Origin: the human T2T-CHM13v2.0 reference genome, Homo sapiens
Strand: one strand, 5' to 3'
Assembly: GCF_009914755.1 (NCBI RefSeq)
Contig: NC_060937.1
DNA: 64,000 nt
Shown here piece after piece: positions 11,250 through 20,324 of the stretch (the stretch's first letter is position 1; each line of letters opens with the position of its first letter). A model generated the notes under the pieces. That model was not told the origin of the DNA and made no database searches. It worked only from the letters and a program-made list of their open reading frames with translations. The position numbers and the translations under genes were made by a program.

Positions 11250-13150
11250 CCAATGGGGAGGGGACTGGGACACGGGCGCTTCTTCTCTCCAGCCCTTGGT
11301 TCGCCGGAGCAGGATGCTGGTCTCAACACTAGGGCTATGTCGGCTTCTCACCGAACCGAGATTTTCAATTTCAGCTTTGCGATTCAGGATTCCACTTGAA
11401 TTCCCCAGGACGAAAGCCTAGCGGCCAGGCTGCATTTCGCCCCGGGTATAAATCCCTGCCGGATAAATTCAAATCTGTAGCAGGGTTTTGGTAATATGCA
11501 TCTTAGCAACAAAACAAAAGCCAACCTCGTATGCCTTCCAGTTCTTTTTAAAACGTGTACGGCAGTTGTGAAAGTTTTGTGGTGCTTGAGACTGTTGACT
11601 TATGCAACTGGGGAGAGGGTTTTTTTAACCGCTTTGAGATATTGGTCCATCCCTTTTCTCTCAGAACGTCCTCAAGGGCACGTAAGAGTTGGAGGTGACC
11701 TCCGGGAGCGCCTAATTTTGAGCCGCGGAACTTCGGCCCACTTCTCCGAGGGGACCAGGCGCGCGCCAATACGCATGTGCGGGCTCTGAGCGCTCAGAGC
11801 GCGCCTCTTCCTTCCCGGCTCCCCGCGGTGCGCACCCGCTGGCCACTCTGCGCACGCGCGCCGGGTGCCCCGGCCTAAGGCCGTTGACCTCGGGTTCTCC
11901 CCGGCACAGTCGAATCCACGCCAGGGCCCTCAGGCCGGTAGCTGTCCTGCAGTCCGAGCGGAGCTGCGACCTCGGGCAGCTGGAAGCCTGTGGGCTGCTG
12001 CTTCTCCAGGCAGGCGGCGGAGGGATGCAGGCAGGATGAGCGGCGGTCCCTTCGCCGCCACCCGGAGAACCGCGGCTGGTGCCCTTGAAGGCCCTGGGAT
12101 GCCTGGGTTGGGTGGGTGGGTGAACGAGAACCCTGAGTGAGTGAGGGGAGGGCGGGTCCCCTCCTGGCTTCAAATTCAACCCAATCAGCTCTGCCGATGG
12201 TTTGAAACTGCACACGCCGACCCACCCGCCCCGAAGTCTGAAAGTTATGCCCTGGAGACCTGCGAGCTGCGGAGTGCAGCTGGAGAGGGAGCTGCCCCAC
12301 GAGGAGGCCTCCAGAATAACTCCCGGAGTCGGAACAGCGCTGGGCTGCTGAAGTTTGCAGCCTCCGGATCCGCGCCCCGCCCTGCAGATCCACCGGATTT
12401 CGGGGAGGGAATCGGGGGGCTGCCCGTCCTCCCGTAAAGCTGACTTGACAACAATTACGAAAGTTTTTAATTAGCTCCTTGTTATAATTCATTTTATTTC
12501 CAGAACTCTCCGACCATAAATTATTCAAAGAGTAAGCCAACCCGAGCGGGGCGGCCGCGCGCCTTCCCCACGCGCGCCGGGCTGGCTCTGGCCGCTCAGC
12601 TCACCCGATGCCCCGTGAGCCAGCCCCGCGCCAGAAGCCGCGGTGGCAGGAAGGTTTGATCAAACATTAAATAACGTAATGTTTGCGACAAGGCTTATCT
12701 CACAAGTGGAAAAGAGGACCTCGCGAGAATTAGAATTCGGCTGCTATTTTAAAAAATCAATTAAGCTTGCGGTCTTTTTTGAAACAGCTCGAAAGGACTG
12801 CGTGGCTATCATCGTGGCGCTAAGACTGAGATGGCAATAACACCGATGGCAGAACTGTACCAGTATTAATTGTCATCACCTTTATCATCCCGCTGGCCAC
12901 CAAGGCCGTTCGAATGGGGTGGGAAAGGCTAGTTTTAGCCAGGATCAGAAGCCCCAGTTCCAACTTCACGGACGAAAAACTGCGAAAGCCTATCAACTTG
13001 AAAGATGAGTAGGGATACTTCACGCAGGTGCCAGGTGCTATCAGGAGAGGCCGGGGCGGCGGGGCAGAGGCAGAGGGCAGGGATCGCTGAGTGAGTCCTG
13101 CGGGCTTGGGGCGCCCTGTTCTCTCACGTGCGCTGCCACGTGTAGGAGGA
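11250..13150. promoter_or_regulatory. CpG island downstream (3') of POU4F1
   Basis: CpG-dense, densest at 11700-12650; no credible CDS. Confidence 0.8.
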
Positions 13151-14084
13151 ACTGGACCGAAGTAGTCTCAGTATCACAAGAAAACAAAAATCGATACAAT
13201 CACGGCAGTGGGTGCCTACAGTTTATTTATGAAACTGTAATCGAAGTTGAGAGCAATTTCAGAACACGCATTAAACAAAAATTATTCAGAAGTTAGTTGA
13301 TGGGTCTTGAGGACATAATTTTTTTAGACCTACAGAAGGAACACGACCTGGAGCTAGAACTGGGGAAAAGAGGAAATTTAAGACAAATGGATGGCATGAA
13401 TGTGGCAGATGCTTTAATGCTTATTTGTCTTTTGCTTTTCCTATTCCACCCCCGCCGCCGCCTGGATTTCCTGAGAAGCTGAAATGCAAACGGAGCCCAA
13501 TTTTCCCACTCTCTCAAACTTATTTTGAGATTATTCTTTAAAAGAATCCGAGACACACATTTTATCATATTCACCCCAAAACTGGTGGAGGAATCCGCTT
13601 AGAGTGAACTTCTCTTCAGAACTAGAAAACTTTGAAAGGCCAAACTATCACTCATTGACACCCACTTCAATGATAGTTTGGCCTCTTCAGGAGGTCCCTT
13701 TTTGTTTTTTTTTCATGGATTGACAGTTAAAGGCGTCTTAGAATAGTCTTACTACTCCTTCAAGCCATATATAGATTCGCTTACCAGAAAGCAAAGCATT
13801 TTTTTTTGTTTTGCACAGTTTCCTACTACATAAAATAGGAAATTCATTTTCATGATGTTTTATTAACATAATACTCTTATTTTTATGTGGTAAAGGTTTT
13901 ATTTAAAGCAAATTCTTAAATTCTTAATACCTACATTGATCATTATTATATAATACACATGTGTTTGCCTGCAACATTTCTGCTTGAGGCAGACTTTAAA
14001 AAAAACCCTTTGTAAATCTTTTCATTTGTTCTGTCCTGTTTTTCCAACAATGAAATCCAGTCATACTTTTCTATAAAATAACGG

Positions 14085-17000
14085 TTTTTTTACAAATGCA
14101 TTTTATTTAAAACTGATGATGTTTCAAGTCAATAACAGCAAAAACAAATCAACTTTTTATGGAAGAGTTCTATGTTTAAAAATACCTCTAGTGCTTTTTT
14201 TTTTTAACATTAACAACTGTTTAAAATCGCAGCTTTTAAAATGTACTATTCTTTTTGAACATCAAGTGTTTTCCTTCACAGATTTGCCGGTGAAATTAAA
14301 AAGATTTGGCTAAAATAAGATGACTTCAGATGATATAATCTCAACTCTTAAGAAACTTTGTACATTTGGCATCTGATCTAGTCCCAAGTCACCAAGAAAT
14401 AGAGGCTCTCTAGTCACTGTGGAGCAGTAGGTGGCACACTAAATGTTTTAAAATGTATTACCCTCCAAAGAAAAGCCATTCAGTTACTAGGTGTTTTTAG
14501 GGTAGAATATCACATCTAAACCTCCAAATTCCTCTGTCCCTGACCCTAAATTTAAATGTTTTTTGGGTGCCTGGTTATTTATTGGTTTTCACCACTCTGG
14601 ATCAAGTGCTGTGGTTTAAGAGTTTCTGCAGTTAAAAAATAATAACTTTTATAAACACAGGCAACTAATATAGAATTCATTTTATTTAGAGCACCACTTT
14701 TCATGAGTTATCTGAAAGTGAATTCTGATTCAGCAAAAAAATACATCATTCTCAATCTCTCCCCTTTTTGTCCCCCTTCAACACCCTACCCTCCCCCCAT
14801 TTCTTTGTGTTTTCTTTTTGTTTGGTTGTTTGTTGAAAGGTTCTACCAGGACCTGGCCCAGTATAAACACAAAAACGCACCCAAATCATAAAACTGCTCT
14901 TCTTTCAGTTATGTTTTATTTGTAAGTGTACTGGGACACATCCCCCTGTTGTATTTTGGCGCATAGAATTGGTTCTGATAGAAGTAAGGGAGGAGAAAGG
15001 TAAAAGAGAAAAAACATAACCAAGGAGAAAGCTCAGCAGACATACATGGACAGGTAGATCAATCCGTGAGACATTTCAGGATGAACACTGGCAGTCTGTT
15101 ACCACTGTGTGAATGTGTGCATTAAATAAAATATTTACAATAATCTTTTTTCCTTTTTCTTTGAATACAAGAATATGACAAAAATGTTTTCAGTGGAAAC
15201 AGGCAGTAGACTGTGAAATCGCACTAGCCACAAAACGGTCTACCAGAAAGCTAGCCCAGTTTAGTGCTCAGTTTCAAATGCATAGAATGTTTGCCCTGCA
15301 AACAATGATATACAACATAATTAAATAAATAATGCCTAACCAGAGTGAGACCTAATTGTGTTTCTTTCCACACCTTTCAGATCATGCATGATTTCAGTCT
15401 TGTTAATCGGCAGGTTTTTTTTCTTTTCTCATTTGTTCTGTTTTCAATGTTTTAGTTATGATTAAAGGATGGTAACAAACCATCTCTACGAGAGATCCAA
15501 AGAGTATCTTGTACACAAAGCAGGCATTTTACCTAACCACCTTCAACTATCTTAATTTTTTAAAATCCACCAGCAGCTTGTAAGGTACCTGATTATTACT
15601 ATGAAATACTATACATGATTTTCTATTTGGGAGACTGGTAGTGCAAATTAAAGTTCTTGCTACCCAACATTTATCCCCTGTAATAAATGACTCTTGAATA
15701 ATAAGAACAAGTAAAAGGAAACACAGTTGTTCTGTTTTCGCCCAACATGCAGACCTCTTTGAAACAAATGGGGGTGGGGGCACTTTAAATCTGTCTTCCT
15801 CTTTTCTGGGATTTAGGTGATTTTCTCACAGCCAAGTCCTACCGCAAAAGAAAGCAGGAACTTCTCAACATTTCTATAATTTCATGTCCTCCAAGAGAGG
15901 AAGAAACGGGACCTAGAAGAGCAAGATGAGTCTCGTTCAGTGGAGAAAACAGGAGAGAGTATCTCTCCTAATAACTTTCACCCCATTAGTCTATTTGAAT
16001 CAACAGGAAAAATCAGTAGTTTAAACCTCTCTCTAAAAAAAAGATAAAACTGAAAGGGCAAGTTAAAGTTCTATGAGTGGGAAAAGCTTATTTTGAAATT
16101 GTCTAAAACTAGATCTTCGACATAAGAGGAAAAAAAACTGTTGTTAAAATTGTTTCATTTTCCTAGAATAAGATATCTCGAAGCTCCGGAATTCTGCTTT
16201 TTAGTAGCTCAAAGACTATGCCCTTCTCTCCAAAGACCCCCACCCCAACAGGACCAGGCCACCAGAGTATAGGCAGGGCCACGGGAAAACTTGGATTCCA
16301 CCTAAGCAAGCAGCCAGCCTCCCCCTGACCCTCTCTTTTCAGCTGTGCTCCCACTCACTTCCCGGGATTGGAGAGCAGCCATAGGCCTCTCATTGGAACG
16401 GAGGAAATAAAGAGGATATGGATGGGGTGGAGGTGAGAGAGGGAAAAATTAAACACGCAGACAGAACAACTAGCTTTGATACCCAGAACTTCAACTTCTC
16501 GCTCGTTTGGTTTTCGTTTTTCGACTCAGTTCGTGCGTGTAGGGTTGGGGAGGTGGTAATAATGGTGGTGCTCTTTTTTCTCTTCTATGGGGGAAAATGA
16601 AGTTGCAGATTATGGCTCCCCGGAGTTAAAATTTCTAAAGCATTTTCCTTTGCTTTTGTTCTGTTTTGTTTTAGTTTGTCTTTATTTGTCTAGTTTTTGG
16701 TGGTTGGTAGGTTTGTTTTTGTACATAGTTCCTTGGTCCCCAGGATATTTAGGTAAGTGTCTCTGGTCAGAAACAGTCCATTTTCCTACCCTTCCCGCGT
16801 CTCCCCCCACCCAAACCCCAGAACCATCCTGCTCCTTAAAACCCCTGCTCGGGTCTCCGCTTTCCTTCCCCCCACTCCCCACTCCCCCGAATGCTCCCCC
16901 CCTTCTCCCCTACCCTATACTCCAATCCCCACACCCAGCACCCCAGTCCTCAAGGCTAGGGGACAGCAAAGGCAGGAAAATCAGAGAATGGGTGGAGGAA

Positions 17001-17137
17001 AGAGAGCGAGAAGGGACTCCCCAAATGCAGGCAGGATAACGGACACTCCAAATCCGAGGGGAGGCAAGCAGAGGAAAGCCCCCCAAAAATGCCTCCTCAG
17101 CTCCCCATTCTGTCCCGCCCGACACCTCCCAGCCCCC
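14085..17137 (-). other. POU4F1: POU4F1 3' UTR with several candidate poly(A) signals
   Basis: Minus-strand AATAAA at 14915-14920, 14681-14686 and 14102-14107; U-rich; Pumilio-type TGTAAATA at 15132-15139. The exact 3' end cannot be determined from sequence. Confidence 0.6.
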
Positions 17138-18277
17138 TCAGTAAGTGGCAGAGAATTTCATCCGCTTCTGCTTCTGTCTCTGGTTGCAAAACCACACCCG
17201 CACCACGTTCTTTTTGAGGTCCAGTTTCTCGGCGATGGCGGCGATCTTCTCGGACGAGGGCCGGGGCTGCACGGCGAAGTAGGCCTCGAGGGAGCGCTTC
17301 TCGGGCGCGGCGATGGAAGTCCGCTTGCGCTTCTTCTCGCCGCCGTTGAAGAGCTCAGGCTTGTTCATTTTCTCGCGCTGGGCGCCCTCGGCCTCCTCGA
17401 GCCACGCCTGCAGGATGGGCTTGAGCGCGATCATGTTGTTGTGCGAGAGCGTGAGCGACTCGAACCTGCAGATGGTGCTCTGGCTGAGTGAGCCCACGCC
17501 CGGGATCTTGAGGTTGGCCAGCGCCGAGCCCACGTCGGCCTGCGTCACGCCCAGCTTGATGCGCCGCTGCTTGAAGCGCTCCGCGAACGCCTCGAGCTCG
17601 CGCGGGTCCGTGTCCGAGTCGCAGATGGACGCCAGGCCCGCTGCGCCCACCACGGCCGCCGCCGCCGATGCCGCTGCCACCTGCCCGGCCGCCGCCGCCG
17701 CCGCTGCCGCTGCCGCGCCGTGGTGCGCCGCCGCCGCCACCAGCCCGGGGTGCGGCAGCCCGGACGGCATGTTCATGGCGGCCGCCGCCGCGGGGTGCGA
17801 CAGGTGGCCCAGGCTGTGCATATGCGGGTGAGGGTGCGCGGAGCCGCCCAGGAGCCCGCCGCCCGGGCCGCCGCCGCCGCCCCCCGGGCCGCCACCGCCG
17901 CCTCCCCCGGGGCCGCCGCCGCCCGGGCCGCCGCCGCCGCCCGGGCCGCCACCGCCCCCCGGGCCGTCGTGGGCGCCGCCGCCGCCGGCCGCCGCGCCCG
18001 CGCCGCCCGCGCCGGCCATGAGCGCGAGCGACGGCGAGGAGATGTGGTCCAGCAGATCGCCGGGTTCGAGCGCCTGGTGGTGGTGGTGGTGGTGGTGGTG
18101 GTGCGCCAGAGGCACCGTGGAAGTGGACGTGCACGGCACGCTGTTCATCGTGTGGTACGTGGCGTCCGGCTTGAAAGGATGGCTCTTGCCCTGGGACACG
18201 GCGATGTCCACGGCCGCCAGCGCCTCGGCCCGCGCCAGCAGCGTCTCGTCCAGGCTGGCGAAGAGGTTGCTCTGCAG
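17138..18277 (-). CDS. POU4F1: POU4F1 coding exon 2: POU-IV box remainder, His9, Gly/Pro and Ala tracts, POU-specific domain, POU homeodomain
   Basis: Pyrimidine-rich tract and CAG acceptor at 18280-18278; [20 protein letters not shown]...[27 protein letters not shown]...KKRKRTSI...[22 protein letters not shown]; 1140 nt; spliced product 420 aa. Confidence 0.98.
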   Translation of the reverse strand: MQSNLFASLDETLLARAEALAAVDIAVSQGKSHPFKPDATYHTMNSVPCTSTSTVPLAHHHHHHHHHQALEPGDLLDHISSPSLALMAGAGGAGAAAGGGGAHDGPGGGGGPGGGGGPGGGGPGGGGGGGPGGGGGGPGGGLLGGSAHPHPHMHSLGHLSHPAAAAAMNMPSGLPHPGLVAAAAHHGAAAAAAAAAAGQVAAASAAAAVVGAAGLASICDSDTDPRELEAFAERFKQRRIKLGVTQADVGSALANLKIPGVGSLSQSTICRFESLTLSHNNMIALKPILQAWLEEAEGAQREKMNKPELFNGGEKKRKRTSIAAPEKRSLEAYFAVQPRPSSEKIAAIAEKLDLKKNVVRVWFCNQRQKQKRMKFSATY

Positions 18278-18929
18278 CTGCAGGCGACACAAACCAAACC
18301 AAAAAAACCACAAAACCAAAAGAGCAAAACAAAACAACAGAAGAAACACACACACAGGCCGGAAAGCACAGCATGCGAAGGGCAAACACAAAGCAACCAA
18401 AATAACAACGGGTTTGGGGGCAGTGGAGAGCGGGAAAGACGGAGAGGGGGCACATTGACGACCAGGGAGGGGGCAGACGAGAAGGGATGGGAGCGTGGAG
18501 AGGGGGACAGAAGTAGGGAGAAAGGGGGACACAAGAACACATTCCGGAAACGGGCGTGGGAGACGAAAAAGAGGGAAAAGAAGAAATGGAAATGTAACTC
18601 GCAGCTGGGGACCCGTGTCACACACCCGAGCACGCACAGAGACTGCCTTTCTGAGGCGTGAAATTAACAGAGAAAGTAGAGGGAAGTCGAGAGTCCTGGC
18701 CCCAGCGCTCCCTACTCCGATCGCAGGCGCCTGACGCGGAGGCAGAGGCAGACAGGAACACGACATTAAGGGCCGCCGGACAAAACGTGCCTCGCTGCGG
18801 GACTGCTCTACACCCCCTGCCCGCAGTTCCCCGCACCGGGACCTGCACACACCAGCCCCCGACATGCAGCGTTTCGGAGACGGGGAGGGGCGGGCGCGCG
18901 GGCCGGGGCCGCGGGCGTGGGGCGCTTAC

Positions 18930-19052
18930 CGGCGGCGTGGGCAGGCAGGCCCGCCGGATGGCCTCGGAGCTGGAGTGCAGCGACGGGTACTTGTGCTCAG
19001 GGAGGGTGGGATGCATGGCAAAGTGAGGCTGCTTGCTGTTCATGGACATCAT
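18930..19052 (-). CDS. POU4F1: POU4F1 (Brn-3a) coding exon 1, aa 1-41
   Basis: ATG at 19052 in GCCGCCACGATG context; encodes MMSMNSKQPHFAMHPTLPEHKYPSLHSSSEAIRRACLPTPP; followed by GTAAG donor starting at 18929; 123 nt, phase 0. Confidence 0.97.
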
Positions 19053-19487
19053 CGTGGCGGCTTGGCATGTATATCCACAAACACTCCGAAAGTCCGCGGG
19101 AAAGTGCGTACGCCGGCTCACCCGGCCTCCCTTCGGAGGCTGCAGCCGCGGCGGTCGCGGCGGCTGGCGGCGGCCCCGCCGCGGGCTGCTGCTGCTGCTC
19201 CTGCTGCTGCCAGGCGCTCCCTCTGACCGCGCAGAGCGCCGCGCGCCGGCCTCGCGGTCCCGCTTCTCCGACAGCTCTAGCCCCGCGCGCCGACGGGATG
19301 CACTCCTCTAACACCTGAGCCCCACTTCTCGCGGCCGTCCCGGGGAGCTCTCGCGAGAGCTCGCGGCCCCACCGCGCTGACAGGCATCAGCTGTCTCCGT
19401 CTGTCTGACGCGCGCTCTCCTTCTCGGCGGCCCCGTGCGTCTGCGCGCGCGCGCGCTCGTCCGGCCGCGACCAGCGCGTGGGAGCCG

Positions 19488-19495
19488 CTCTTATA
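19488..19495 (-). promoter_or_regulatory. TATA-like box of the POU4F1 promoter
   Basis: Minus strand CTATAAGAG inside a CpG island, about 440 bp upstream of the ATG; would predict a TSS near 19460. Confidence 0.55.
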
Positions 19496-19664
19496 GTGAC
19501 CACCAGCAAGGACAGCGCAGGTGATGCACCTGTAGCTACCCGGGCATGCGCACTGCCCGCCTCACCTTTCCCACCGTGGTCTGGAAAGATCAGAAGGTCC
19601 AGCTATTGTCTAAGGGTGGGCACCTTTTAGAATAAAAAAGACGAGATGCGCGCACGCCCCTCTA

Positions 19665-19712
19665 TGTGTGTGTGTGTGTGTGTGTGTGCGTGCGTGTGTG
19701 TGTATGTGTGTA
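19665..19712 (+). repeat. (TG)n microsatellite next to the POU4F1 promoter
   Basis: Direct inspection. Confidence 0.9.
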
Positions 19713-20273
19713 TGTTTCTTCTCCCTGATAGCAAGCCTTGAATATATGAGCATTACTTAGGCATTCCTCCTCTTCGGGATGCCTAACAAGCTGTTGTATA
19801 ATGTATACAGCTGGACATTTCTACGTTAAATTATGCCCGCGCATTCCTCTGTATACAGTATAAATAACAACACAGAAATGCAGAAGGTGCTGTCTTTTGC
19901 TGCAAGAACCTGTTTCTTTAAAGGTTTATAAATAGGTTCCTGGAGAATAATCGCGGTGACAGACATTTGTTTGAAGCAGTCAGACGCTATTGATTTCCAT
20001 ATAATTTAATTTCCTCCGCATACTTTTTTGTTGTTGTTGTGAATATAACTGTGTCAGGCACCGCCAGTGACAGCCACTTAGGAGCCACAAGGAGCGTGTG
20101 CTTTCTACTCGGGAAAAGCTGTTGAAATGAAATTGTGCATTTCTCTTATTGTTTGTCTCCTTCAACCGTGTACAAACCCACGTTTCAAACGAGCTCCGGG
20201 TGATCTAAGGCTTCTAGTAATCAAAAGGAAAAAACAGTTAACAGGGTGTAGTTGGGATCCTTCCTCCCCTCAG

Positions 20274-20276
<3 letters not shown>

Positions 20277-20322
<46 letters not shown>
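20277..20322 (+). repeat. (CA)n microsatellite
   Basis: About 23 uninterrupted units. Confidence 0.9.

Positions 20323-20324
<2 letters not shown>

Larger units (their letters stand above)
17100..19660. promoter_or_regulatory. CpG island covering the POU4F1 gene body and promoter
   Basis: Very high GC and CpG density by inspection. Confidence 0.9.

Noticed and set aside
11712-12540. 167-221 aa ORFs in the downstream CpG island (and similar ORFs at 24156-24831)
   Set aside because: Pro/Arg/Gly/Ala-rich low-information translations typical of CpG islands; no recognisable protein or splice support
16757-18661. Long plus-strand ORFs (244, 172, 313, 146 aa) antisense to POU4F1
   Set aside because: Shadow ORFs of a very GC-rich CDS; no domain-like sequence
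19497-19518. Possible RE1 site at the promoter (GACCACCAGCAAGGACAGCGC)
   Set aside because: Only the right half matches; left half and spacing are non-canonical. TTCAGCACC at 8564 and 25619 are likewise half-sites only
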